DNA of 64,000 bases from Zygnema circumcarinatum SAG 698-1b (lineage: Eukaryota > Plantae > Zygnematophyceae), in NCBI GenBank assembly GCA_037447605.1, contig CM074817.1:1364001-1428000 (forward strand), written 5' to 3'. The position numbers and the translations under genes were made by a program. Below, one piece after another: positions 39,297-59,599 of this stretch. The notes beneath the pieces were generated by a model. It did no database searches, was not told the DNA's origin, and worked only from the letters and a program-made list of their open reading frames with translations. Every line of letters begins with the position of its first letter. Position 1 is the first letter of the stretch.

Positions 39297-39476
39297 TGTA
39301 CGGTCGTACGGTCGNNNNNNNNNNGCTCCTGGATTATGCCGGTCCGTGACACTGAAGAGGCATATGTCAAGTACAACTGAACTGACGCGGATCCGTCGAG
39401 CGCAGCTCCACTACGCTACAACGCCAACGCCAAAACGACCTAATTTTGGTATGGTACGACCGTACGACCGTACGGT
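39297..39476. mobile_element. Small inverted-repeat element with GTACGGTC-repeat ends (spans an assembly gap)
   Basis: tgtacggtcgtacggtcg is inverted to cgaccgtacgaccgtacg. Similar CGTACGG-rich tract at 8860-8915. Confidence 0.4.
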
Positions 39477-39552
39477 CGTTAATTGTTCAAAAGGAGTGGG
39501 TATAATATATGTAATAAAGTGTTTTACGTTGTAATATATTACTAATTTTAAA

Positions 39553-40620
39553 CCCGTTGTAAAGTATATAATATAGGAAAATTCTATTCTCACACCTTTT
39601 TTGTCTACACACAGGCCTCTTTTCGCCGGGCAGATTTTAAAATAGCACAAAAAAAGAACACACCTTTCACACCTTCTCACCTTTTTTTTTTCACCTTTTT
39701 TTTCCCACCTTTTTGAAATCGATACACACCTTTCTCCATCGGGCAGATTTTACCCCTACTTGTTTTTTTCAAAGAAAAAAATATCGGCCTGCCCGAATCC
39801 ACTCGGAGCAGAAGATCCGTCCGCCACGACATCGTTCGCGGGTGGCCGTCCTTCACACGTGCAGAAACTATACACCGTCGATTCTAGAGCAGATCACACC
39901 ACGGCAGATCACCGTTCGATCGGCAGCCGGGCTCGGTTCCAGCGAATGGCACACGCCCACGTGTCCCACCCGAGCAGGCTCGAGAACCGTACACAACTCG
40001 TACGGTCGCAGCTTCGAGGAAAGTCTAAATTCCTTACATTGCGAGCTTGAACCAATCACCATCTGCCGCGTGCTCTTTTTAGACGTGGCAAACTGTGATT
40101 GGTACAGGCACTCAACTTTAATTATTACGTTTTTTGACTTTCCTCGAAGCTGCGGGCGTACGCCTTTTGTACGGTCCTTGGAGCCGGCTTGGGTGGGACA
40201 CGTGGGACAGAGCCCGGCTGCTGATCGAACGGTGATCTGCCATGGTGGGATCTGCGTGAATATCGACGGCGGAAAATTATTGCACGTGTGAAGGACGGCC
40301 ACCCGCGAACGATCTCGTGGCGGACGGATCTTCCGCTCCGAGCGGATTCGGGCAAGCAGATATTTTTTTCTCTGAAAATAAATGATAAGGAGTAAAATCT
40401 GCCCGACAGAAAAAGGTCTCACGGCGCTCGGCCGCTCAGGACTAGTAGCGTGTATCGATTCCAAAAAGATGTGAAAAAAAAGGTGAAAAAAAAAAGGTGT
40501 GAAAGGTGTGTTCGTTTTTTGTCTATTTTAAAATCTGCCCAGCGAAAAGAGGTCTGTGCGTAGACAAAAAAGGTGTGAGAATAGAATTTTCCATAATATA
40601 TTCGGAATTTATAACGCGGG
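39553..40620. mobile_element. ~1.07-kb foldback element: two ~480-bp imperfect inverted arms around a ~95-bp spacer
   Basis: Arms 39553-40035 and 40130-40620 are reverse complements. The opposite-strand ORFs 39713-40291 and 39868-40464 translate to near-identical text. No transposase present. Confidence 0.85.
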
Positions 40621-41429
40621 CCATCCCTAGAGCGGTACGGTAGTCGTTTTCTCATTCGCGTTGTCAGTGTGAACGCTCTGCAGCGGTACATTATTGTACG
40701 GCATTAAGGCCGTTAATGTGTCCACACCTGAACCCGAACCCGAAGACGGTTGCTGCACGATCTGCTCACAGTCTGGTATTGGTCTGCGCGCCTCGCGTCA
40801 ACCGAAACGACTGTACGGATGGCACAACGACATGACGGATCTGTACGGTTACGTGTGGACACGTGACCGCGTGCACTGTACCTTGTCGGCGGTCAGGTCA
40901 CAAGACGACAAACGAGCTGTACAAGCTGCAAAGTACAAATCCGGAAGGTCTTTCAAAGGCACAACATCTCTCCAATCACAGCTCTCCACGTCTGACAGGA
41001 CGTCTACGTGGCCGAGTTTGAATGGTCCGTGCCAAAGGTTTTATAACGTAACGATCGTACAGCAAGTGTGAACACGCTTCGAACTTGGAAACTGGATTAG
41101 ACCGAACTGCGGAGGAAACTGCGGGCAGGGAGCGAGTAGAAATTTCCAGAGGCCTAAAAAAATCAAATGTTTTGGGACACGGGCAGCGCCTTGCTGCCCG
41201 GAGCAGGTCTTGTGGCGTACGTGGCAGATAAAGAGCGCCTCAAGATCGTTTATTTTTTCCTGCCCGCCTGTAAAATCTGCCGCGATTCTGCACCCTTTCA
41301 ACTGGCGGTCCTGCACAGGCTGGCCACTCTGCCAGAAGTCCCCTTTCTTGCAGGCCCGTTTGGTTTGGATAGGAGGACGTTGCAGGAGGCAAGGAAGTAA
41401 TCAGGCCGATCATCTGAAAGACGGAAGCC

Positions 41430-43066
41430 ATGGCTATGTCGCGATGGGCTATTGTCATGGCGTTGGTGGCATTTGCGGCAGTCACAGTGCCGGTCGCACA
41501 TGCAGACGAGGAGACTACCTTCATCACTCATTTGGTATGGAATGTTTGATTGTCGTGAATTGGCTCGCTTTCGTTGATTTGTTCGGTAGGATGGATGAGG
41601 TTATATTTTACACATTGTGCACGCTTAGGACAGCGTGGTCGTTCTGCTATTGATGAAAGTCGAGTGCGAATGAAGAAGGCAGTTCGCAATTGGCTGTATT
41701 AAAGTACAGAGTTAGATTGCAGTTTATGGGTTTCTGCGTCAGCAGTCTCACTCAGATTTTGGTGGCTTTCATTCAGAGATGCGGCAATCATCTTGTGATT
41801 CATGAGATTCAGGTACATTTCGCTTATGCACGTTTCAAGCCTCCTCCATTAATGCTCTGTTTACCGTCCTGTTTGCGTTCGCTAATTCTAATTTCTAATT
41901 CTTTGTTGCGGACTACGATGTTTGGAATTGTTTTTCCTTCTGCAGCCAACCTATGTTGGAGGAATCAGGTTTCGCGGAGGCGCTATCTTCAGAATTTCTG
42001 GGCCGCACCCACATGTGTTGTCCATCTTTCAGGGCCTGAAAGATACCTTGGATGCTATTGAGTCTGAGCAGGCAGAGGAAGACAAGCTTAACGGATTCCA
42101 GGCCCTTAACGATGGAATTAACTATGAGAGCGGGCATTCTGTCGACGGGGCTGATGTTGAGGGAAATGAGGACAAGGTGGATATGGTGCAGCCTTGGCTG
42201 CAAACCAGCGAGGATGTTGTACAAGCAGAGTCGACGGAGGCAGTTGAGGGCAGGGTTACGATGGGACTCGATGAGCCTGCATATTATTATCGACTGAGAG
42301 ATGCTTTTCTACCAGATGATTTCGAAAATTCGGGGGCGGTTCCAAGTGGACTTCTGGGTAAGTTGTCTGACATGCACTGTTTTCTGATGGTTTGTGTAGG
42401 AATGTATGTAGGGTCCATTTTTTTTGGTCCATAGCGTCTGCTTTCCTGCATGTGTACACCGTACTTGCAGAAATTTAAATTGTCTGACCTGTAGTCTGAA
42501 GTCTAACTTATTTGTGCTGAACTTCCTCCTTTGTTTGGCGGGGTGTGATCGCTACTGCCAACAGGCTCACTCTGGAATGTCGAACCCATTGCACTTCTTC
42601 AAACATTGTTGCCCATCGCCGCAGCTATCCTTGTTGTGGCGGCAATGCTGCTGAAGAAACGGGAAGAAGAGGGGGTTGTTATGGTCTTAAACACTCCGGA
42701 CCACCGGACTCCCCTTTTGCAGGTGATAGTTCAAGTCTGTATCGATCCGTAGCGCTTGCTAATAGGCTACAAGAGTGATGCTAGGATTGTGCAGTATGGC
42801 TCGTCTTTGAATTCTAGATGAGTTGCTTCGTCATCAACCCTGGTCCTTTGCCCTGGTATGTAACTTGTGTACTGCAGTGAATGTGTTGCATTATTTTGAA
42901 GTGATGGTGCGTTTGCTATGTATATTGACGAGTTGCTGTCTTTAACTGCCTGCAGACTTATGTTGTTGATCATAATGATGCCGAGAGCAATGGAGTCAAT
43001 GCTGAGGTCGAGCACGGGGTTGTGCTTTACCAGCCGCCTGAAGCTGCAACCGATGAGAAAAAGTGA
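41430..43066 (+). CDS. Unassigned type-I membrane protein (signal peptide, acidic ectodomain, one TM helix, short tail), 4 exons
   Basis: MAMSRWAIVMALVAFAAVTVPVAHA|DEETT signal peptide. In-frame GT-AG exons 41430-41534, 41946-42357, 42566-42723, 43034-43066. TM segment LLQTLLPIAAAILVVAAMLL followed by KKR. Confidence 0.65.
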
Positions 43067-44192
43067 CAGTTGACTTCAGTACGTCTCACGTGAGTCTGTA
43101 TCACGTGGGCACAGGAGAGTGTTGCTGTCTCTAACTAGTTGTAGGTAACGTATTGGCGAGCGGAAAAAGGCTGGAATGAAACCTAAGTTCTCTTGCTAGA
43201 GTCAGCGGGAACGCTAACTTGTATATTCGTTTTCAAAGTTGCTTGGTAAGACAATGCATGAACTTTCAAGTTCTCTTTCTGCAGAGAAAATCGTGAATCA
43301 ATTGTAAAAATCAGTTATGGAAGTTATGCAAATTCTGTTGTCTGGCAGTCAGACCTTTTTCCCAGTTAGTCACTGTCTGCTTTCGTTTTTTTTTTTTGCT
43401 TCAAGACCTTTCTTGTGAGCTTATACATACGGGGACGGCAGAGATGGAAGTCCTTTCAGGTCAATTCATACTTCTACGGCATCTGATTATTTCTTAGCAC
43501 CAAATCTATATGGCTCTTCACCCTTTCTGAAAGACCTATGATCGAATCACGAGAAGCTTGACGCCCGTCATGCAAGACACTGCATCTCCCTTCGTCATTG
43601 GATGTCTTCAGTCTTCTGTTGTGAACTTCTCTTCCTTTGCAAGAGAATACCCGGAAGCCTTCAAGAAACTGACCACGTCTTTGGTAATATCTTGTTGACG
43701 TTCTGCTTCGTTTGTCCTAATGGGACTGATTTGACACAAGCCATTAATTAGGTTTTCTTGCTACAGCATCTTAAATTTTTTGGTCGGTTGGATCTGAAAA
43801 TATTTTAAAGCGGCCAAAACCCTGTGGCGCAAAGGATGCAGTGTGTGGAATGCCAAGCGTACAGCTTTCGATTTGAAGTCCAAATGTGATTTCTCAATTT
43901 TGAAACGCGTTTCTCCCTTACCGTAGAAAAGTCTCACACTGTCAGACTTTGAAATCTGTACAGGCTTTGCCGTGAGATAAGCAGTGACAGCGAAATATGC
44001 AGTACTGTACCTCCGTCAAAACAGATTCTGTGATGCCTTCGAAGTCTGAAACCATGCAACTTTTTACTCGCAAACTCAAATGGCATGCTTTTTACTAGCT
44101 AATTTCTGTCATCCGCCTTCAAGGTAGAAACCGTGTCACATGAGTCCCGGCGTAGAATACATAGAATCTAAACCTTTGTATGCGAACGATGT

Positions 44193-44352
44193 GGCATTGA
44201 TCTCACGATGGCGATGCCATCAAATGTACATGCACAAAATCATCATTGGGAACCACGAGGAACTGGTCACAGAGGAGTAGAGGACCTAAGGACAAAGGAT
44301 CAAAGCTACGACCGGAAAGCTACGCCTAGGCTCAACAACGCAGCCCTATTGC
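44193..44352 (-). mobile_element. 5'-truncated 3'-end copy of the CRE-type LINE
   Basis: Contains the last codons (RAALLSLGVAFRS*) and the 3' UTR, aligning with 36547-36700. Confidence 0.7.
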
Positions 44353-44964
44353 ATGCGTTCCTACAATTCCTATGAACAATAGTAAGTGCTAATTCCAGAA
44401 GGGCTCCTTTCGAAACAAATCATTAAGCGCGATGTCAAAGGTTAACACGCCCTAGTACTTGCATGTGGCGCTATATCGGAACTTGAGAACTCATTGACAG
44501 TAATAAAACATAGTTAGCAAGCATTGGAAACCAATGGTTGTAACCAACGGCAACGTTTGCGAACCATTCGCTAGCACCTATTGGCAAACAATGGTTGGCT
44601 GCCAGTAAAATGGTAGAACGCCTACTGTAACTGCTAATTCAACATGGATGTGCCGCGTCTACATGTAAAGGGTGCAAAAATAAATGGAACTAAAACTGGA
44701 ACTGGAACTGCGACAGTTACGGGATTTTCGCATGTAGCGCCGACGTAACGTGTGCCGCTGTACCGCCTGTCGCTCTGAACCCGCCGCCTCTATTTCCACC
44801 TCCCATCCTTCTGGCGGGCCCTCTTTTCGGCAGGGCTGCCTGCGTGCCTGCGCTGGCTGTTGCAACAGGTTATTGAATAGTCTTGGTGTTGATTACGGCG
44901 TCTGAGTGCGTCATACGAGGCGGCTATCTCCAGTCTTGAAGGGTGTATTGAACTGCCTGACATC

Positions 44965-47900
44965 ATGTCGTCCAAATTTTGGGGTCAGGTATGTGTTGGC
45001 TGAATATTTGAGAGGAAGCTTGATACTGCTCCACTACGATCGAGAATGCAATATGTCATTCGGAGAAGATGCAATCCCCTTGCATGTCTGAATTGTGTGA
45101 AGAAATGTTGTGTTGGAGTTACTGATTGGTGCGTAGCGTGCAAAGTCACTACGTCCTCCTGTATCTGGTTAATAATGAATTAAGTATGGCTGAGGCTGAA
45201 AATAGGCCCAGATATGGACGGCGCGGCCAAGGAAAGTTTGTTGAGTATTTGAAGGCTGTCTTTGCTAGTGCCAAAAAAGGGAATTTCAACCACAAATAGA
45301 CTGCTTTGCCCGACGACTGTGGACGTTATTTTTTGAGGTAACGAAGGTCATTGTCCTCTGCGCTTCTGGTATCTGCAGGGTGATAGTGACTCTGAGGAGG
45401 AAGAGGAGCCTCAAGAAGAGTCGGAGGAAGAGTCGGAAGAAGAGGAGGCGCCTAAGGCTCCGGCGGCGGCTGGTAACAAGTATATCGTGGGAGACAGTGA
45501 TGACGATTCTGAGGATGAAGGTCCAAGGAAGGTCGTCAGTGCAAAGGATAAACGGTATGCAGAAATGGGTCAGACAATTGAGCAGATGAAAAATCAGATG
45601 AAGATCAACGATTGGGTTTCTTTGCAGGTAAGCCTCGCAGGTCTAGACAAACGGGAGGTGGATGGGGTAGTGCACAGCATTTTCCTGTAGGTGTTTCAGA
45701 TAGTATTGCATCTTGCCGGTGTTTTTATTAGTATATTAAATATGCTCAGGAAGTGCAAAGCTGCAGTGGAAGACTCTGCACAGTTATGGAAGGAGGTCGT
45801 GCTTGCTTTCAATTTTATCAACCGAACTGGATAACTGAATCAAAACTGAATCACAGCTGTAGCAGCTTATATTCGGAAGTAACTGGGACATGCTTGAAGA
45901 ATTTTATAAAGTTTGACATGTGTCTTGCGTCTTTTGTCTCGATGAGGAAAAAAAGGCTTACATCGGCATTTGAGTGTTTGGTTTGATGAGCTGGATTCCG
46001 CAAGTCCAAGACGGCACTAACAGCTGGGCCACGGAGTTGTATCTTCGTGCAGGAAAGCTTTGAAAAGATGAACAAGCAACTGGAGAAGGTGATGAGAGCG
46101 AGTGAAGTTGATAGAGCTCCACGGGTGTACATCAAAGCGCTTGTAATGCTGGAAGACTATTTGACACAGTCTTTAGCTAACAAAGATGCGAAGAAAAAGA
46201 TGTCTCCAAGTAATGCTAAGGCCCTTAATTACATGAAGCAGAAGTTAAAGAAGAACAACAAGTTGTACGAGGCAGAGATTGCCGCTGCTCGTGAAAATCC
46301 AGTGTCTGACGAGGAGGACGAAGATGAGGATGAAGAGGAGGACGAGGATGAGGATGAGGAGGACGAAAGCGATTTGGAAGAGCCGGAGAAGATTGCAGGG
46401 CTAGATGATGAGGATGATGATGAAGAAGGTAAAGACTGGGAGGTACAGAAGAGCAGGAAGGATAAACTAATGGACAAGCAGTTTCAACGTCCCTCTAGCG
46501 AAATCTCGTGGGATATGGTGAACAACAAGCTTAAGGAGATCATTGCTCAGAGAGGAAGGAAGGGCACAGATAGGGCAGAACAGGTGGAACAGCTGCAGTA
46601 CTTGACAAAAGTGGCAAAGACTCCAGCGCAGAAGCTAGAGGTTATGGTCCATGTCGTTTCGGCACAGTTTGATATGAATCCTAGTCTGAACACGCACATG
46701 CCCATCCCTGTCTGGAAAAAGTGCGCCAGCAATCTGATGATAATTCTTGACATTCTTGTTGGAAACCCCAACATTACCATGGAGGAATCTGCTGAGCCAG
46801 AAGATGAGAACGAGACTGCTAAAGGAGCTGATTATGAAGGACAGATAAAGGTCTGGGGTAATCTGATTGCTTACTTAGAACGAATAGATGACGAGCTGTT
46901 CAAGAGCTTACAGGTACGCTCCTGGTCATATGTTTTCGTCAGTAAAACTATCATACTTTGACTTCTGATTGCTTCTCGAGATGACTCGTGCAGTTTATGA
47001 ATTTCTTATTACGTTTCAGTTACAACAGTAACAATGCCACACTCGAAGAAATTCACTCACTATCGTTTCTGCCGTGGTTACAAATATATACGCAGTGCAT
47101 AGATCCGCACACAAAGGAATACGTTGAGCGATTGCGAGATGAGCCCATCCTTTTGGCTCTTGCGCAAAATGTTCAGCGATACATTGAGCGCATTGGTGAT
47201 ACCCGTTCAGCTGCTAGAGTGGCCTTGAGGAGAGTTGAACACGTATACTACAAGCCACAGGTGCGCCGTTTTGACTTGTCGATGCACATGATCTTGTTTA
47301 GAAGAGTGTAAAAATCGTTTGCATGCTTATTTGCCACTTGAAGATGGTTTGCTCTTCTCAGGTATTATGCTGCAATTCTTTCTGGACCAAGTGCTAGTCG
47401 TAGTGTTTTTATTTATAGGACATTTTTTTGCAAGTGTTGAACCTTGCAAGCGGCAGAACGTGTGTTGTTCGTGCATTTCATTACATGGATCTGGTAAAGG
47501 ATGTTAGATGTTTTGTCCCCAGCGTAGGCACGAAGGAGACGTCGTCTGAAAAAAGGGTGGTTGTTGCAAATGTTATGGCGTGAAAGAAAACTCTTGTCCT
47601 CAATTGGAAATTGGGGGGCGGGGGGTGACAGCCGCATTTTGGATATCTGCTTTGATGTGTTTTTAGGTAGTCTTGCATTGGTGTGTTATTTAGAAGATCA
47701 GTTGCCGCCTGTTTGAAATGCTAAACTGATGAACATCTGCTGTGGGAGGAGGGAACAGCAAGTGTACGATGCTATGAGGTTGTTTGCGGAGCAGCAGTTA
47801 GAAGATGATGGCTTGGAGGCTGTCGTAGTCACCGGAGACGACGAGCTTGATGAAGATGGGACAGAAAAGAAAAAAGTGTCTGTGAGGCCGGAGGGGCCCC

Positions 47901-50716
47901 CAGCTTTTGTGGAGACAAAGCCTTTGGTGCCTCGTCGACCATCCTTCCCTGAAGACTGCCGTGTTCTTATGAACGAGCTTGTGGCAACAGTTTATAAGTT
48001 AGGAGATGAGCGGACCAAGGCGCGGGCCATGCTTTGTGACATCTACCATCATGCCATTCTTGATCACTTTCATGTCGCAAGGGACCTGCTTTTTATCAGT
48101 CATTTACAGGTCAGTCCTATTGTCCTTTTGCCTGTGGAAATACAGTTAGGAGAACCAGATATTGGCGGTGCTTCTCTAACTGACATAACAATTGCATTGT
48201 AAACTTAACTGGAAGGGTTTCCTTTCCTACTATTGGCCGTGCCTTACTTCAGTGCTAAGAGTCACTGCAATGCGAAGAGAAAGAATTGCTACGAGTCTGC
48301 TTTGCCTTAGTCTTCTGTTTCCGCTCATTTTGTAGGTTACGAAACGTTTTGGGGTAAACCTACATCTACAGTTCGCATGCTAATTTATCCCTTTACCTTT
48401 TTAAGGCACCTGAACAATCGTCCTCGAGACGCTGCTAGCCTCGGGACAGTCTGTTATTGACATTGAACTCCCTGTTGTTTTGGTGGGATGGCTTACAGGA
48501 TAGTGTGCAACACATGGATATTGCAACGCAGATTTTGTTTAATCGTGCAATGGCTCAGCTTGGACTCTGTGCTTTTAGAGCTTCACTCATCAATGAGGCA
48601 CATGGATGCCTGTCCGAGCTCTATGCTGGTGGGCGAGTCAAGGAGCTTCTTGCTCAGGGAGTTTCACAAAGTCGGTATCATGAGAAAAACCCGGAACAGG
48701 TGAGCTATCTTTCGTTTCAGAACACATTTTCATGTTTTCTGGAAGGCTGTCAAGTGATCAAACTTACTAGGTTTCTTTGTTTTTCTTAAAACTAATATGT
48801 CGATAGGATAGCTTTCTGCAAGAGATGTGTCATCACGGACATATCGCTGAACAATGTAGACGGACCCCGCACTTTGCCTAACAAAATTCTTAAGTACAAC
48901 TTCCGGGCATGGTCAAGCTGTGCTTAAAACGCATATTTGACGCCTAGCTTGGCTTTGAACTACAGGAGAAACTAGAGAGACGCCGGCAAATGCCCCTTCA
49001 TATGCATATCAATCTTGAACTTTTGGAAGCTGTCCATTTGATCACGGCCATGCTGTTAGAAGTGCCAAACATGGCCGCCCATGCACATGATGTTAAGCGG
49101 CGTGTCGTTTCAAAGACTTTCCGGCGGCTTGTGGACAACTACGATCGGCAGACATTCACAGGGCCACCGGGTGAGTCGAGTATCACTCTGAAGGAAGTGT
49201 ATTGAACTGTACAAGCAAAGTCTGTTGTAGGGCCTTGTGTGCTCCATGAACACTACTTTGGGAAGCAGGCAGGCATAGGATACAGGATTTGAGTTCATAT
49301 ATCTATATCCTACTTCACACTTGGAAACGGTTTGCTCGTCCACTTCCTTTTTATGTCAGTTACGTGTTTTCTTGGGTCGAATTGCATTTTTAGTACCTTT
49401 GTCATCGAGTATAAAGGGCAAACCTAGAAATGCATTATTTGTGTGTTTCTGCCCAGTAATCAGAGCCGTCATGCTCCCTCTCCCAGCCTCTTCCAGCCAG
49501 TGAAGTGAGGAGAGCAGGGGAGCTGATTTTTTTCATGGGTCCTGTGAGTGCAGAGAATGTACGTGACCATGTTATGGCGGCAACACGTTCATTGAGCAGT
49601 GGCAGTTGGGAAAAGGCGGCGGAGGTGATACACAGCTTGGACGTATGGAAACTCATTCCGGCAGATTCACGAGATCGAGTTTTGTCAATGACGACTGAAA
49701 AGATCCGGGAGGAAGCGCTTCGGACGTATCTGTTCGCCTATAGCCCTTTCTATTCATCACTCAGCCTCGAAATGCTTGTACAGGTACTGCTTGAAACTGT
49801 ACAACTGATATGCAGTTTACCCAGTAGATTGGCTCGGCATAAAGTGGCATGGATTAGGGAGGTGCCTTTCCACGTCGATGAAGAGACTTCTGCAACTGTT
49901 TTAGCACTGTACTTGAAAGCAGTGAGGATGAGATTCAAGACTCACACAATCCGCTATCTCCCTTTCTAACATATGTTAGCTTGTCTTACATGTTGTTTCG
50001 TTACTTTCTGAGGCTGGTGAACACTTAATGAACATTTTACGGGAGTTGTGGCCTTGTAGATGTTCGGGTTGACTGAGGCTCAAGTTCACAGCATTGTGAG
50101 CAAGATGATGATAGCGGAGGAGCTCCATGCCAGTTGGGACCAACCAACAAACAGCATTGTGATGCACAATGTTGAACCAACACGTCTGCAACACCTGGCA
50201 ATTCAGTATGCAGAGAAGCTCACGGTGCTGGTAGAGAGCAATGAGAGAGCCCTAGAGGCAAAGACTGGAGGCATAGGCCTTGAAGGCATGGACAGAAGAC
50301 GCGGGAAAGACAGAGGAGGAGATGGAGGAGACTATGCCGGAGCTGTGTCTGGAGGTCGCAGGGATCGCGATCGCGATGACAGAGGGAGAGGGGGAGGGTT
50401 TTCTGGAGGGAGGGGAGGGTCAAACTTTGGTGGAGGGCGTGGAAGGTCAGGCACAAGCTTTGGCAGAGACGGTGGGAGCTTCTTTGGAAATCAGAGGAGG
50501 GATGGTGGCGGAGGAGGCAGGAGCGGAGCGGTCAGCTATGGAGGCGGATTCCAGAGCTCGAGATATCAGGATGCATATGGAAGTGTTGGCAGGACGCCCT
50601 ATCAGAGTGGATCGGAGAGAGCGTCTGCGGGAGGGGGCGGTGGGAGGGCATCTGGTTCTGCAGCGGATGGGGGGAGCCGGATGGTTAGCTTAAATTACAG
50701 GAGTGGTCGGTACTAG
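44965..50716 (+). CDS. eIF3c: Eukaryotic translation initiation factor 3 subunit C
   Basis: [87 protein letters not shown] domain ([17 protein letters not shown]) and an RGG tail. GT-AG introns. Confidence 0.95.
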
Positions 50717-51304
50717 GAGCAGGGAGCTGTTGGCAGCTGTTGAAGGGATCGCCTCCTTTCCACTGGCAAGAGGGCTGCTTTACAAAAGGGGCCTGATTCT
50801 GTCAACGTGGAGGGATTGGCAATGAGCAGTAAGGCGTGCACTTTCTTTATATCTTTTACAGCCATCTCCATGTTTTTCTATCGTACTTTTGTCGTCTCCT
50901 TTTGAGAGGCAATCTCCTGCTTGTGCTTATGGAATAATGCAATCGAGAATGAGAAAAGCAGTCGTGTATGGTAGCATGCAAACGGAACTAGATGTGCAAA
51001 GCAAAGCCTAAAAGACATTTGATAGTGGATCTCAAGTTTCCACATCTTGTCTTTAGCGAGTCCTATTCCATCCAAAAGCAAAAGATGCATAGCGCTAAAC
51101 TGTACTGCAATGCAGAAATGAAAAAGGAAGGAAGAATGAAACAGGCCTCAGTAACAGTCCTGAAGAAGAGAGCAAAATGTAAAATAGTCGAACAGTAGAT
51201 GTTTTGACTCAATATTGATTCCTTGCGAGCTTGTGGCCAAATCCGAATGGCCGCGTACTTGCCGAATTCTACACCCGAGGCTCTCCAACGGTCGAAAACA
51301 GACG

Positions 51305-51910
51305 CGTGTCGACGTGGCAAATCCAACGGTTATGCACCTCCAGATCGTGCTCTTGTTTATCTAACGGTCAGTACCTGACTTATTCCACGTGGCATATCGA
51401 ACGGCCATTTTTCCCAAATGTGTGGGCACGTGACCGCCAGGTCAGACTCTATAGTACCAACGTGGCACATTTAACGGCTGTTACATCTCGTCAAGTGTCC
51501 ATCGAACGGTCTCAATGTGTCCACGTGACATATCCGACGGCCATCGTTTCCTGCATCTCGCGTCGTTTTCCAACGGTCGTCCGAAGCAAGGTAAACCTTC
51601 CCCCCGTCTTTCCTCGCCACGTGGACCTACGTGGCAGAAGGTTGGGTAGAACACGTGGCGACATCGACTGCTAGCGTGGCATATGTATGACATGGCACTA
51701 GACACGTGGCGGACGTTTTGCCCTTTTTGGGGCGTGCGTCTAATGGGCAAGCGCGCATTCCAGCGCCAATAATTACACGTTGCAACCTCCTCCTAGGGAA
51801 CGGGCGAGTGATGGAACCAATCACAACACGTCACGTGTACACATTAGCCAGCGTGACGTCGAGATAGACTAATAATAGAGCGCCACGTCTAAATACATGC
51901 CGACGTGGCG
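51305..51910. promoter_or_regulatory. Dense G-box/ABRE (ACGTG[G/A]C) cluster with coupled ATC[C/G]AACGG motifs upstream of SSADH
   Basis: About a dozen ACGTG-core motifs in ~600 bp. Four to five of them are followed at fixed spacing by AT(C/T)(C/G/T)(A/G)ACGG. Confidence 0.55.
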
Positions 51911-52187
51911 TGACAGGTCATTGTAGCTTGCCCGGGTGGGCGCACCTCCCACCCTGAAGACGAAGCGGAGAGAGGGGCTTCAAGAAGGGGGCGGAGGGCA
52001 AGCTCAGCTTTAGAAAGGAGGATGCTCTGCTTGTAAGGCTTGAGAATTAAGGCTTGAGATTTGTAACATTTGAAGGAGAAAGACATCAGAAAGGAATACG
52101 AGCGTCTTTTAAGGCAGGTTTGCTTTCTAAGGAGCGTGCTCTGCCTTCAGCTTTGACTATTTGAAGGCGCAATACGCTTGAAAAGGC

Positions 52188-59143
<6,956 letters not shown>

Positions 59144-59599
59144 GGGCTGTCCAGAAAAAAGATAAACGTTTGCAACGGGCAGCCCCAGAAACGGGAGTCA
59201 ACAAAATTTTCTTGCTATGCGAAAACAAGCTGAAATGAGTGCTGTACATTAGTTCAAGTTTAGATTGCGGCTTACTTAAATAGTGAACTCTGTCACTTTG
59301 AATCGTCACATGCTGAAAGCTATTGAAATTGATGAGGCATGCCATGGTCCAAAGCTCTTGAACATAACGGACGGCTTCAGAGGAGCCTCATGCATGAGCG
59401 GTGTAAGGCCCCCCGCGGTTCTCTATATGATCAATAAATCGGTGATGATTGAGAAAACTGCCCAACTTATTTATGACCAAAAAGATAGAAGTTAAGTTCC
59501 CCGTCGGTACAGGCCATGGGCCATGCGCTCTCTGCCCCTGCACGCTGTGGTGAAGGAAAGGAAAAACATGATGACTAGATCAAAGAAGCACACACGCTT

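Noticed and set aside
39713-40464. Paired ~195-aa ORFs on opposite strands
   Set aside because: They mirror each other because of the foldback arms and show no protein motifs.
42767-43760. Possible minus-strand coding pieces (42767-43015 ORF and a QENLINGLCQ... stretch near 43600-43760)
   Set aside because: No recognisable motif or coherent start/splice model, and the first piece lies antisense within an intron. Not supportable without RNA data.
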